Part shown: positions 42,660 through 52,735 of the stretch, piece by piece | Numbering within the stretch: the first letter of the stretch is position 1 | Layout of the letters: each line of letters opens with the position of its first letter | The notes under the pieces: model-generated | What the model was told of the DNA's origin: nothing | What the model saw: only the letters and a program-made list of their open reading frames with translations | Databases searched by the model: none | Translations under genes and position numbers: made by a program | DNA from: an uncultured Pelagibacteraceae bacterium | Lineage (GTDB): Bacteria; Pseudomonadota; Alphaproteobacteria; Pelagibacterales; Pelagibacteraceae | Reading direction: 5' to 3' | DNA: 64,000 nt | NCBI GenBank assembly: GCA_902586125.1 | Contig: CACIGI010000006.1 | Span: forward strand, 4,468-68,467

Positions 42660-42688
42660 TTGAATTAAAAAAAACGACACACTATATT
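42660..42688 (+). promoter_or_regulatory. Putative sigma-70 promoter of tRNA-Gly
   Basis: TTGAAT-N17-TATATT ending 9 nt before the tRNA. Confidence 0.6.
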
Positions 42689-42697
42689 AATTTATTC

Positions 42698-42772
42698 GCG
42701 GGCGTAGCTCAGTGGTAGAGCGTCTCGTTGCCAACGAGAAGGTCGAGGGTTCGATCCCCTTTGCCCGCTCCA
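42698..42772 (+). tRNA. tRNA-Gly (GCC)
   Basis: Cloverleaf: acceptor GCGGGCG/TGCCCGC, anticodon stem TCTCG/CGAGA with loop TTGCCAA, TTCGA loop, encoded CCA. Confidence 0.97.
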
Positions 42773-42820
42773 TTTTAAAGTAATATAAGAAAAATTTAAT
42801 TAGTCGAGGTTGTAAATTAA

Positions 42821-43156
42821 ATGAGTGAACTATTCGAAAAAAAATGCGTTCCATGTGAAGGTGGTGTACCTGCGCTTGATATAAGTGAAATACATAAATA
42901 TCAAAAAAAAATTGATGGATGGGATGTTATTAAAAATGAGAAAAATATACATTTTTTAGAAAAAAAATTTACATTTAAAAACTTTGTTGAGAGTCAAAAA
43001 TTTGTAAATGAAGTAGGTAGAATATCAGAGGAGGAGGGCCATCACCCTGAAATTTTATTTGGATGGGGTTATGCGAAAATAAACATCTCAACCCATGCAA
43101 TTGAGGGATTATCCGAAAACGATTTCATCTTAGCTTCAAAGATTGACAAGATTTAA
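42821..43156 (+). CDS. phhB: Pterin-4-alpha-carbinolamine dehydratase
   Basis: CVPCEGG, EGHHPE and THAIEGLSENDFILA motifs. Confidence 0.94.
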   Translation: MSELFEKKCVPCEGGVPALDISEIHKYQKKIDGWDVIKNEKNIHFLEKKFTFKNFVESQKFVNEVGRISEEEGHHPEILFGWGYAKINISTHAIEGLSENDFILASKIDKI

Positions 43157-44709
43157 TGTCTAAAATGTCTTGTTTTAGAAAAAATTAAAATAGTATTAGT
43201 TTTATCTGCAAACTTTATAATTTCTTTATCTCTGATTGATCCTCTTGGTTGGATTACAGCAGAAACACCGGATTGAATTAACTTTTCAATACCATCAACA
43301 AATGGAAAAAAAGCATCAGATGCGGCAACAATTTCTTTTTCACTTTTTTTGAACTTTCTCATTTTATTTATTGCAATTTGACAGCTATCAAGCCTACTAG
43401 GTTGTCCAGATCCGATACCAACTGTTGTTTTATCACCAACGAGTACAATAGCATTGGATTTAACATGACGTGAAATATTGAATGCAAATAATAAATTTTC
43501 AAATTGTATTTTGTTTGGTTTTTTCTTTGAAACAACTTTGAAATCTTTTTTTTTAAAAACAAGGTTATCTTGAGATTGAATTAACATTGAGTTTGATACA
43601 GAGTTAATTTGAAGAACATCATCAAAATTAAAGTTTGTTGAATCTATAATTCTAAGATTTTTTTTAGATTTTAATAATTTAAGAGCGCTTGTTTCAAAAC
43701 CATTAGCAATAATTACTTCTAAAAAAGTTTTGTTTAACTCAATAGCTAAGCTTTTATTAATCTTAAAATTACAAGAAACAATACCTCCAAATGCGCTCAC
43801 AGGATCACATTCAAATGCAGATTTATAACTGCTTACTCTATCCTTTAGAATAGAAACTCCACAAGGGTTAGCGTGTTTGATAATTACAGTGCCTATATTT
43901 TTTGGTAGACTTTTGGATATCGTTAAAGCAGCAAAAATATCATTGTAATTGTTATAACTTAATTGTTTTCCATGAATTTTTCTTAATTTGAAATCTTTAT
44001 TTTTAGAGTAAATAGCAGATATTTGGTGTGGATTTTCTCCATATCTTAATCTCTCAATTAAGTTTCCGTAAATAATTTTTTTCTCTGTAAAATTTTCACT
44101 TGTGATTGAATTGAAGTAATCTGAAATTACGGAGTCATAATATGCTGTTTCATTAAATGCTGATTGAGATAATTTTTTTCTAAATTCTAATTTTGTTGCA
44201 CCCTTAAATCTTTTTAATTGATCAATCAATGCTGAATATTGATTGGTGGATGTTATTACTGCAACGTCATTGTAATTTTTTGCAGCACTTCTAACTAAGG
44301 CAGGACCACCAATATCAATTTTTTCAATTATTTTATTATGATTTTTTGTTGTGTTTAAAGTTTTTTCAAATGGATAAAAGTTGACTATAACTAAATCAAT
44401 ATTTTGAAAATTATTTTTTTTTATTTCTCTTTTGTGAGAATTATTGTTTCTTTTATTTAAGATTCCCGCATGAATTTTTGGATGTAGTGTTTTAACACGT
44501 CCATCAAGAATTTCATTAAAACCAGTATAATCAGAAACTTCAAGGCATCGATAGCCTAATTTTCTAATTGCCTTAAATGTACCCCCTGAACTAATCAGTT
44601 TAACATTATACCTTTTTAAAGTTTGTAATAATGGTTTTAAGTTTGACTTATCTGAAACAGAAATTACAGCTGATTTAATTTTTCTTACTATATTTTTTTT
44701 ATTTGCCAT
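43153..44709 (-). CDS. purH: Bifunctional AICAR transformylase / IMP cyclohydrolase
   Basis: SVSDK, GRVKTLHP, RYGENPHQ and SDAFFPF motifs; C-terminal RHFRH. Confidence 0.99.
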   Translation of the reverse strand: MANKKNIVRKIKSAVISVSDKSNLKPLLQTLKRYNVKLISSGGTFKAIRKLGYRCLEVSDYTGFNEILDGRVKTLHPKIHAGILNKRNNNSHKREIKKNNFQNIDLVIVNFYPFEKTLNTTKNHNKIIEKIDIGGPALVRSAAKNYNDVAVITSTNQYSALIDQLKRFKGATKLEFRKKLSQSAFNETAYYDSVISDYFNSITSENFTEKKIIYGNLIERLRYGENPHQISAIYSKNKDFKLRKIHGKQLSYNNYNDIFAALTISKSLPKNIGTVIIKHANPCGVSILKDRVSSYKSAFECDPVSAFGGIVSCNFKINKSLAIELNKTFLEVIIANGFETSALKLLKSKKNLRIIDSTNFNFDDVLQINSVSNSMLIQSQDNLVFKKKDFKVVSKKKPNKIQFENLLFAFNISRHVKSNAIVLVGDKTTVGIGSGQPSRLDSCQIAINKMRKFKKSEKEIVAASDAFFPFVDGIEKLIQSGVSAVIQPRGSIRDKEIIKFADKTNTILIFSKTRHFRH

Positions 44710-46295
44710 TTAATATCTTCAGTCTGTTTATTTGAAATTCCAGAAATAAATATGTTTTGATTATCAATATATGAATTTTTATTACCGAAATATAAACCAT
44801 TATCAATATTTATATCATAATTATCACAAGTAAATTTCCAACCCTCATCCTCTAATTCAATTAGTATTGATTTACCATCTTGAGTTTTCATTAATTTTAC
44901 GTCCGGTTCCACATGAAATCGAATATCAAATTTATAATTTTTATTAATCTTTTTTAGAATTTTATCACAACCAACAAAAGTTTCTTCACCAGGATAAAAT
45001 TCTATGTTTCTTTCATGAATAGTGTTATATTTTTTTTGGTATCCGTCATGAGAAGCATTTATTTTCCAATAGTTTTTTTCAAAAATAGTTTCTTTTTTTG
45101 TAATTTTTAAACCCCTAGTAACAAAAAAAGATTTATCATTGTTTGTAAATTTGCAGGAGGAATTATCATCGATTACCAAGGTGTTTTGAGCGGCAGTTGA
45201 TCTTGATAAATGATTTAGTTTTATATTTGTTTCACTATGATAGCCACAATTACTAATTAATTTTTTTCCATTAGAAATTATTTCAAAAGACAAAGCTCCA
45301 GATTGATAATCTCTAGAAAAAAATGAATTTGGTGAAGGACCAGCATCCATAGTGAGACACATCTTTTTATTTCTCAAGATTATATATCCACCATAATCTT
45401 GATTGTTGTTTTTGAATTTATAACCTAGTCTTTGAAGATAATTATCAAAATTATTATTATCTGAAATGTTATTACCGTTATAAAGAATATCACTTTTTAG
45501 ATTTTGCCAAACAAAAGCGTAACCTTGTCCAAGATAGTAAATTGTTTCATCGATATGTTCTGGAACATTAATTTGAGACTCTTTAAACCACTCCCTGATT
45601 AAAATATAATATTTCAAATAAAATATTAATTGCTTAATACTCCTTGATTTAGGAAAACCAGAGTTATCAAGAGTAATTTTAGATATTTTTTTTAGTAAAT
45701 TTAAACCATATGGCAAATACTTTTTTTCATCCTGATAACAAAGTCCAACTAATATAATAGATGCACAACCTATTAATTTATCTTCAACAAATTTTGATTT
45801 ATTAATTTTATTAATGAGATGATTCGTTTGTTTTTGTATCATAGTGTTGAAATCAATTTTATATTGTCCATTGCCATCTTCATAAGTAAGATTATGACTA
45901 GATAACCAAGCAATAATTCTTTTTGCAGTTAAATCGAAATTCCAACTTTTTGCATTGTATTTATGATTTAAAGTCATCCAGTCTTTTATAACTGATTGGG
46001 TATTTTTTTTTGAAGACTTTAGATCTAAACTAAAAAGCCAATAAAAATTATTAAGTTTTCTTATTTTTTTTTTGGAAATACCTTTATTATTCCAAATTTC
46101 ATCTAATGCGAAATCTTCAATCCTAAATTTTTTTTTTTGATATTTAATTAAGGATGAGAGTAAATGAGGACTAGGTTTATAAATTAAATTTTGATAATAA
46201 GTTTTGGAAATTTTTTTATCGTACAGACTAGAATGTAAATATAATTCTCGTATTTTATCGAAAATATTAAAAAAAAATCGATTTATGTAAATCAT
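44688..46295 (-). CDS. Heparinase II/III-like family protein
   Basis: GALSFE, NCG, RSTAAQNT, ASHDGY and IRFH motifs; usual position upstream of purH in alphaproteobacteria. Confidence 0.82.
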   Translation of the reverse strand: MIYINRFFFNIFDKIRELYLHSSLYDKKISKTYYQNLIYKPSPHLLSSLIKYQKKKFRIEDFALDEIWNNKGISKKKIRKLNNFYWLFSLDLKSSKKNTQSVIKDWMTLNHKYNAKSWNFDLTAKRIIAWLSSHNLTYEDGNGQYKIDFNTMIQKQTNHLINKINKSKFVEDKLIGCASIILVGLCYQDEKKYLPYGLNLLKKISKITLDNSGFPKSRSIKQLIFYLKYYILIREWFKESQINVPEHIDETIYYLGQGYAFVWQNLKSDILYNGNNISDNNNFDNYLQRLGYKFKNNNQDYGGYIILRNKKMCLTMDAGPSPNSFFSRDYQSGALSFEIISNGKKLISNCGYHSETNIKLNHLSRSTAAQNTLVIDDNSSCKFTNNDKSFFVTRGLKITKKETIFEKNYWKINASHDGYQKKYNTIHERNIEFYPGEETFVGCDKILKKINKNYKFDIRFHVEPDVKLMKTQDGKSILIELEDEGWKFTCDNYDINIDNGLYFGNKNSYIDNQNIFISGISNKQTEDIKWQIKKI

Positions 46296-46299
46296 GAAA

Positions 46300-46959
46300 T
46301 TATTTTGATTTTAATAATTCAATATTTTTTTTTATATCTCCATTATTACTTTTAAAAATTGTCGTTCCAGAAACAAGTATATTTGCACCTGCCTCTATTG
46401 CCTTTTTTGAATTATCAAAATTAATACCACCATCAATTTCAATATCAAAATTGAGATTTTTAGTTTTCTGTATTTCTTTAAGTTGTTTAATTTTTACTAA
46501 AACTTCTGGCATGAATTTTTGACCACCAAAACCAGGGTTAACACTCATAATTAAAACTAAGTCAATTTCATTTAAGTGCTCTTTAATCATTTCAACTTTA
46601 GTTTCAGGATTTAAAGATACTCCAACTTTTTTATTTAATTGTTTTATTTTTGATATAGATGAACTTAGATCGTCCGTAGCCTCTGGATGAATAGTAATTA
46701 TATCAGCACCTGCATCAGAATATGCATCTATATATTTGTGAACTGGAGAAATCATTAAATGGACATCAAATATCATTGATGATTGTTTTTTTAATGCTTT
46801 TATAACTGGAGGTCCGATGGTTAAATTTGGAACAAAATGCCCATCCATTACATCCACATGGATCATATCAGCCCCAGCATCTTCTAAACGTTTTATTTCG
46901 TTTCCTAATTGACTAAAATCAGCAGATAAGATTGATGGCGATATTTGTATTTTTTTCAT
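46300..46959 (-). CDS. rpe: Ribulose-phosphate 3-epimerase
   Basis: PSILSADF, HVDVMDGHFVPN, MSVNPGFGGQ and IDGG motifs. Confidence 0.98.
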   Translation of the reverse strand: MKKIQISPSILSADFSQLGNEIKRLEDAGADMIHVDVMDGHFVPNLTIGPPVIKALKKQSSMIFDVHLMISPVHKYIDAYSDAGADIITIHPEATDDLSSSISKIKQLNKKVGVSLNPETKVEMIKEHLNEIDLVLIMSVNPGFGGQKFMPEVLVKIKQLKEIQKTKNLNFDIEIDGGINFDNSKKAIEAGANILVSGTTIFKSNNGDIKKNIELLKSK

Positions 46960-46986
46960 CGATAACTAAATTACTAGTACCAATTT

Positions 46987-47343
46987 TTAAAATTTAATTG
47001 AATTAAAAAATTGATAAATTTGTCTAGAAATTTCACTTTCCAAAGGAAAAGATAACATTCCCATGACAGAATATCCCAAAATCCATGGCATTAAATAAAA
47101 TCTTATCATAAAGAAAAACCAAGCAACATATAATGGAACTATCGGTTGAATAATAAATTCCGGTGTAATTGGTTTAAAAATACGAAGCAATGGATTGGTA
47201 AATTTTACGAACACTTTCATGAAAAAAAATTGAGAGTCTTCTTTTTGGAAAATGTTCATTGCAACTCTGCCAATTAATGTCCACATTATTACTCCAAGTA
47301 TGTAATCAATAATGTACACCATTGGGTGAAAATTAGCCGACAT
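46987..47343 (-). CDS. Hypothetical membrane protein (YGGT-like)
   Basis: Hydrophobic helices with FTNPLL...ITP resembling YGGT family. Confidence 0.7.
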   Translation of the reverse strand: MSANFHPMVYIIDYILGVIMWTLIGRVAMNIFQKEDSQFFFMKVFVKFTNPLLRIFKPITPEFIIQPIVPLYVAWFFFMIRFYLMPWILGYSVMGMLSFPLESEISRQIYQFFNSIKF

Positions 47344-47375
47344 TTAAGAATTTATATTGGAAAAAGACGTGAATT

Positions 47376-47401
47376 AAAAGGGGCGAAATTAATCGCCCCT
47401 T
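47376..47401 (-). terminator. Intrinsic terminator after sodium:solute symporter
   Basis: Stem AAGGGGCGA-AATTAA-TCGCCCCTT with a short U-run on the minus strand, 12 nt after the stop codon. Confidence 0.8.
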
Positions 47402-47413
47402 AAAAATAATTAT

Positions 47414-49228
47414 TTAGTGTTGTTTGCCAAGGATCGATTTACCTGATGGTATTCGAACCTCATCAACCATTTTCTGCGTTGCAGCGTTTGGTGCTGAAGT
47501 CATTAGACTTACAACAACCATAGCTACTAAGCTAACAGCTGAACCAAAGATACCAAATGTTAACTGTGTAATACCTAGGAATCCACTTCCACCTGTTCTT
47601 ACCCAAACTAGGTAAGCAGCACCAGAAACTAATCCTAAGAACATACCAGCTACAGCACCTTCTTTGTTAGCTCTCTTCCACCATACACCGAGTACAAGTG
47701 GGAAGAATAATCCTGACATCGCAAAGTCAAAAGCCCAGATGACTGAACCTAAGATACCTTGAATTTCAAGAGCCGCAATAGTTGCTCCAGCAAAACCAAT
47801 TACTACAAGTAGTACCCTTGCAACAACTAGTCTCTTAGCAGTCTCAGCTTTTGGATCGATGATTTTATAATAAACATCGTGTGAGATTGCGTTTGCGATT
47901 GCTAGAATCAAACCATCAGCTGTTGACATGGCAGCAGCCATACCTCCAGCAGCAACTAGACCTGAGATTACGTATGGTAATCCAGCTATTTCTGGAGTTG
48001 CTAACACAACGGCTTTACCACCCATGAAAAACTCATTTAATTCAAGAGTTCCATTTCCGTTAAAGTCGCTTACAAACATTAAGTTTGCTTGGTTCCAGTT
48101 TTGATACCAATCTATCGCTTGGACTTCTGAAATTGATTTACCAATAATACCTGTTGGTAATGTTGGATCAATCAATGACAACTTAGATAGTGTCGCTAAC
48201 ATTGGAGCAGAAGAATAAAGTAGGAAGATAAAGAATAAAGACCAACCTACTGATTTTCTAGCTGCTTTTACACTTGGAGTAGTGAAGTATCTCATCATCA
48301 CGTGAGGCAATGAAGCTGTTCCCATCATCATCGCTAGTGCTAATGAAATAAACGCCCAAGGAGTTGCATTCACCGCTGAGTGAGCTTTAGTTATACCAGC
48401 CAAACCTTTTGGCACTTCTTTTAGATTTTCAGCAGAGTTTTTCACAAAACCAAACTGAGCTTCTAATTCAGCAATTCTTGATACTTCATCAGCTAACATG
48501 AAGTGTGGGAAGAAACCTGCACCCATTTTGTTACTGATCCAGAATACTGGTAATAAGTAAGCTATGATTAGTACAATATATTGTGCAACCTGTGTCCAAG
48601 TTACTCCTCTCATACCACCTAACATTGAACATAGTAAGATACTTACTAATCCAACATAAACTGCGTATTGGAATGGAATATCAAGTGCAACAGATGCAAT
48701 AGTACCTGTAGCGTTAATTTGTGCAGTCACATAAGTAAATGATGCGACAGTTAAAACTACTACCGCCATGAATCTACTTAAATTACCACCATATCTTGTA
48801 CCAATAAAATCTGGAACTGTGTAACAACCAAATTTTCTCAAGTAAGGTGCTAATAAAGATGCAACTAATACATATCCACCAGTCCAACCTACAAGTAGTG
48901 CCATATATCCGTAACCTTTGAAGTAAATACCTCCTGCCATTGCAACGAATGATGCACCAGACATCCAGTCTGCTGCAGTAGCCATTCCATTAAATACAGT
49001 TGGCACTTGTCTTCCAGCTACGTAATAAGCATCAGCTTGAGCTGTACGTGATAGATAACCAATTATAGCATAAATGGCTACTGTGAAAGCAACGAAACAA
49101 ATTCCGATTGTTTTCGCAGTCATACCCATCTGCTCGGCAATTGACATAATGATTATGAAAGCTAAAAAACCACCTGTATAGATTCCATAAACCTTAGGTA
49201 AATTGTCTATAAAATTACCTTTCATCAT
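47414..49228 (-). CDS. Sodium:solute symporter, VC_2705/ActP-like (probable acetate/monocarboxylate permease)
   Basis: YYVAGR, ATAADWMSGASF, GGMRGVTWTQ, LPHVMMRY and AAMSTADG motifs; paired with a small subunit; near acs. Confidence 0.9.
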   Translation of the reverse strand: MMKGNFIDNLPKVYGIYTGGFLAFIIIMSIAEQMGMTAKTIGICFVAFTVAIYAIIGYLSRTAQADAYYVAGRQVPTVFNGMATAADWMSGASFVAMAGGIYFKGYGYMALLVGWTGGYVLVASLLAPYLRKFGCYTVPDFIGTRYGGNLSRFMAVVVLTVASFTYVTAQINATGTIASVALDIPFQYAVYVGLVSILLCSMLGGMRGVTWTQVAQYIVLIIAYLLPVFWISNKMGAGFFPHFMLADEVSRIAELEAQFGFVKNSAENLKEVPKGLAGITKAHSAVNATPWAFISLALAMMMGTASLPHVMMRYFTTPSVKAARKSVGWSLFFIFLLYSSAPMLATLSKLSLIDPTLPTGIIGKSISEVQAIDWYQNWNQANLMFVSDFNGNGTLELNEFFMGGKAVVLATPEIAGLPYVISGLVAAGGMAAAMSTADGLILAIANAISHDVYYKIIDPKAETAKRLVVARVLLVVIGFAGATIAALEIQGILGSVIWAFDFAMSGLFFPLVLGVWWKRANKEGAVAGMFLGLVSGAAYLVWVRTGGSGFLGITQLTFGIFGSAVSLVAMVVVSLMTSAPNAATQKMVDEVRIPSGKSILGKQH

Positions 49229-49489
49229 TTAGTCATCCCCTCTTTCTGAGAAGCCGAACTCTTCATCAATTTTCTCCTGCCTGTTCGCAAACCAGAAAAT
49301 TAGGATTACGAAAGCACCAAGAGAACCTTGACAAGTGAACCAATAAGTTAACGGATAACCAAATGGTCCCGTAACTTCATTCATTTCAGCTCCGAATAAG
49401 AAGATGCCAATTGAGAATACAAACCAGATTGCTAGTGTCATGAATAGCAAACCTCTGGATTTTTCCCAGTGTTGTTCTTGTTTTGACAT
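49229..49489 (-). CDS. DUF4212 small subunit of sodium:solute symporter
   Basis: GYPLTYWFTCQGS and IDEEFG motifs; two TM helices; SD GAGAGAGG. Confidence 0.88.
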   Translation of the reverse strand: MSKQEQHWEKSRGLLFMTLAIWFVFSIGIFLFGAEMNEVTGPFGYPLTYWFTCQGSLGAFVILIFWFANRQEKIDEEFGFSERGDD

Positions 49490-49603
49490 TTATACCTCTC
49501 TCTTTTTAGTTATAACTGTCAAAAACCATAACCATTATCAAAGAGATTTAAAGTGTTAAAATTGCTCAAATTAGTCGGATTTTTAGGTTATAACTATCAA
49601 AAA
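49481..49603. repeat. Three-copy motif TATAA(C/A)T(G/A)TCAAAA (one inverted, two direct)
   Basis: Inverted copy 49481-49494; direct copies GTTATAACTGTCAAAAA (49509-49525) and GTTATAACTATCAAAAA (49587-49603). Confidence 0.8.
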
Positions 49604-49614
49604 GAGCTTATTTT

Positions 49615-50238
49615 ATGGGAAAATATAAACTTACCTGGAAAGATCTTACCTTGAGGGACTTTAAGATCTATTTATTTGCCCTTTTTAAAGCATTTATCCC
49701 AAAAAAAAAAATTAAATCGTTAGATGAACTAGAGGAATTTATTCAAACAAAATCAGCATGGGTCTCGCAGGTCACTTTGTATGGATATTTAAAGACCAGG
49801 ATGGGGACCAGGTATGTTCTTCATTTTGAAAATGATGAATTTATGAAGTCAGTTAATATAGCTAAGTGGAATATCTATGCTGTAGCCTTACAAGATCTTA
49901 CCTTTTTTACTTTTTCTTATTTAAAAACAATTACAAATTACGAAGACACCAATAAAGCCAAAGAAATTTTTTTTAAAATCCTAGACGATGAAATTTCAAA
50001 CAAAATGCCTTTAGATATTATTGAAAACACAAAAAAAAATTTTGATGAAAGATTTGAAAAAATAAATTGGGATACTTATCATAGTGATCTCCCTTTTAAT
50101 CCGAGCGCTTTATCTTTATATAAGTGGGCTCCAATTGCAGAGGAATTAAAAACTTTAGATCGTAAAATAGTTTTGAATTCAGTCATACTCAAATGGGATG
50201 TTGTTAAAAAGGAATTTAAAGAAAGATTAGGTTTCTAA
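49615..50238 (+). CDS. Conserved hypothetical protein
   Basis: 207-aa ORF filling the gap; [12 protein letters not shown] motif; no catalytic motif recognised. Confidence 0.8.
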   Translation: MGKYKLTWKDLTLRDFKIYLFALFKAFIPKKKIKSLDELEEFIQTKSAWVSQVTLYGYLKTRMGTRYVLHFENDEFMKSVNIAKWNIYAVALQDLTFFTFSYLKTITNYEDTNKAKEIFFKILDDEISNKMPLDIIENTKKNFDERFEKINWDTYHSDLPFNPSALSLYKWAPIAEELKTLDRKIVLNSVILKWDVVKKEFKERLGF

Positions 50239-52310
50239 GTATTTTTTCTATTGTCAACTAAGCTTTCAACAACACTTGGATCAGCTAAAGTAGTAGTATC
50301 ACCTAATTGACCATGTTGATTTGCTGCAATTTTTCTAAGAATTCTTCTCATTATTTTTCCAGATCTTGTTTTTGGAAGCCCTGGAGTAAAGTGTATTAAG
50401 TCAGGAGTTGCTAATGGACCTATTTGTTTTCTAACCCATAATTTTAATTCTCTTTCAAGGTCACCTGTTTCAGTCTCGCCTGCATTAAGAGTTACGTAGC
50501 AATACAATCCATTCCCTTTAATATCATGTGGATAACCAACTACAGCAGCCTCAGCAACCTTAGGATGAGCAACAAAAGCACTTTCAATTTCAGCGGTGCC
50601 CAAGTTGTGTCCTGATACAATAATTACATCATCTACTCGTCCAGTGATCCAGTAATACCCATCCTTGTCTCGCCTGCACCCATCTCCAGTAAAATATTTT
50701 CCATCAAATTGAGAAAAGTAAGTATCAATAAATCTTTGATGATCGCCATAAACAGTTCGCATTTGGCCTGGCCAAGACTGAGCTATACAAAGTCTCCCTT
50801 CTCCTGCACCTTTAATTTCTTTTCCATCTTTATCGACAAGAACAGGTTTAATTCCATAAAAAGGTTTGGTTGCAGATCCAGGTTTTAAAGGTATAGCTCC
50901 TGTTTGAGGTGCAATTAAAATTCCACCTGTCTCTGTTTGCCACCAGGTATCTACGATTGGACACTTTGAGTTTCCAACTGTTTTGTAATACCACATCCAA
51001 GCCTCTGGATTTATAGGCTCTCCGACTGTACCCAATAATTTTAAAGATTTTCGAGATGTTTTATTTACTGGATCATCACCCTCTCGCATAAGGGCTCTTA
51101 TAGCTGTTGGAGCAGTATAAAAAGTATTAACTTTATATTTATCAACAATCTGCCACCATCTTGAGCTGTCCGGATAATTTGGTACTCCCTCAAACATTAT
51201 TGTAGTAGCTCCGTTAGATAAAGGACCATAAATAATATAACTATGACCTGTTACCCAACCAATATCTGCAGTACACCAATAAATATCTTTAGGCTTATAG
51301 TTAAATATGTATTGATGAGTCATGGAAGCATAAACCATGTACCCGCCTGTTGTATGTAGTACACCTTTCGGTTTACCTGTAGATCCAGACGTATAAAGGA
51401 TAAATAAAGGGTCTTCAGCATTCATTTCCTCAGGTTCACAATGACTTGGTACATCTTTAATTAGATCATGATACCAAACATCTCTGTCGTCATCCCAATA
51501 AACATAGTTTCCTGTTCTTTTGACAACAATACATTTTTTAACATCAGGACAATTACTTAATGCTTCATCGGTTGTTGCTTTTAATGGAATTGTTTTTCCA
51601 CCTCTAACACCCTCATCAGCTGTTATAATGTATTCTGATTTACAATCATTTACTCTTCCAGAGATAGACTCTGCTGAAAACCCTCCAAATATTATAGAAT
51701 GTATGGCTCCTATTCTTGCACAAGCTAACATCAAAACAGCCAGCTCGGGTATCATCGTTAAATATATTGTTACTCTGTCTCCTTTTTGTATCCCTAATTT
51801 TTTTAGACCATTAGCTGCTTTTGAAACTTTTTGATGAAGTTGTTTATAAGAAATTTTTTGAGTATCCTTAGGATCATCACCTACCCAAATTATAGCTGTT
51901 TTATCTTTTTTATCTTTTAAATGTCGATCAATACAATTAGCAGAGGCATTTAAAGTTCCATCTTCAAACCATTTTATTTTAACTTCATCTTTACTATACT
52001 TCACATCTTTAATTTTTTTATATGGTTTTATCCATGTAATTCTTTTTCCTTCTTTTTTCCAAAAAGCATTATTGTTCTTAATAGAGTCAGTATATCTATT
52101 CTGATATTGAGATTTATTAATTAAACCACTTTTCACCCACTCTGGTTTTGGTTTAAAAATTAGTTCTTGTGTTGAGCCTTCGTTATTAATTTTAACTTTT
52201 TTAATCTTACTTCTAATCTTTTTTTTTCTTTTAAGAATTTTTTTTCTTTTTTTAACCCTCTTTCTTTTTGAGGTTTTTTTTCTTGATTTAGATTTTTTTT
52301 TTTTAGGCAT
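50235..52310 (-). CDS. acs: Acetyl-CoA synthetase with polybasic N-terminal extension
   Basis: [26 protein letters not shown] and [11 protein letters not shown] motifs. Confidence 0.98.
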   Translation of the reverse strand: MPKKKKSKSRKKTSKRKRVKKRKKILKRKKKIRSKIKKVKINNEGSTQELIFKPKPEWVKSGLINKSQYQNRYTDSIKNNNAFWKKEGKRITWIKPYKKIKDVKYSKDEVKIKWFEDGTLNASANCIDRHLKDKKDKTAIIWVGDDPKDTQKISYKQLHQKVSKAANGLKKLGIQKGDRVTIYLTMIPELAVLMLACARIGAIHSIIFGGFSAESISGRVNDCKSEYIITADEGVRGGKTIPLKATTDEALSNCPDVKKCIVVKRTGNYVYWDDDRDVWYHDLIKDVPSHCEPEEMNAEDPLFILYTSGSTGKPKGVLHTTGGYMVYASMTHQYIFNYKPKDIYWCTADIGWVTGHSYIIYGPLSNGATTIMFEGVPNYPDSSRWWQIVDKYKVNTFYTAPTAIRALMREGDDPVNKTSRKSLKLLGTVGEPINPEAWMWYYKTVGNSKCPIVDTWWQTETGGILIAPQTGAIPLKPGSATKPFYGIKPVLVDKDGKEIKGAGEGRLCIAQSWPGQMRTVYGDHQRFIDTYFSQFDGKYFTGDGCRRDKDGYYWITGRVDDVIIVSGHNLGTAEIESAFVAHPKVAEAAVVGYPHDIKGNGLYCYVTLNAGETETGDLERELKLWVRKQIGPLATPDLIHFTPGLPKTRSGKIMRRILRKIAANQHGQLGDTTTLADPSVVESLVDNRKNT

Positions 52311-52321
52311 AAATATTATTT

Positions 52322-52735
52322 CTAAATCTTACCCATGTTATTTAAAATTTTCCAGCTTTTAGAATCTATTGGCATTACTGATAATCTGCTTTGTTTAATA
52401 AGTGATAAATGGCTTAATTGCTTGTTTTTCTTAATATTCTCAAGACTTACTGGCTTATTTAATTTTTTTAGAAACTTTACTGTAACAGCAACAAATCGAC
52501 CAGATTTATCTGTCTTATCTAAATATGCTTCCTTTATAACTTCAACAATACCAACAATTTCCTTTCCTATGTTCGAATGATAGAAAAAACATTGATCTCC
52601 TTTTCTCATTGTTTTTAAATTTTTGGCAGCTTGATAATTTCTTACTCCATCCCAAGGAGCACCTTTAGTACCAGTTTTTTTTTGTTGATCAATTGACCAA
52701 ACGTCAGGCTCTGACTTAAGTAACCAATATTGCAT
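52322..52735 (-). CDS. EVE domain protein
   Basis: [22 protein letters not shown] and RLSVMP motifs. Confidence 0.95.
   Translation of the reverse strand: MQYWLLKSEPDVWSIDQQKKTGTKGAPWDGVRNYQAAKNLKTMRKGDQCFFYHSNIGKEIVGIVEVIKEAYLDKTDKSGRFVAVTVKFLKKLNKPVSLENIKKNKQLSHLSLIKQSRLSVMPIDSKSWKILNNMGKI

Noticed and set aside
42698-42820. tRNA-Gly as an island or prophage attachment site
   Set aside because: No integrase, no duplicated tRNA 3' end seen, and housekeeping genes on both sides
44688-46295. Heparinase II/III-like gene as a novel polysaccharide-degradation system
   Set aside because: No signal peptide or linked glycan transporters; this family is routinely found beside purH in alphaproteobacteria
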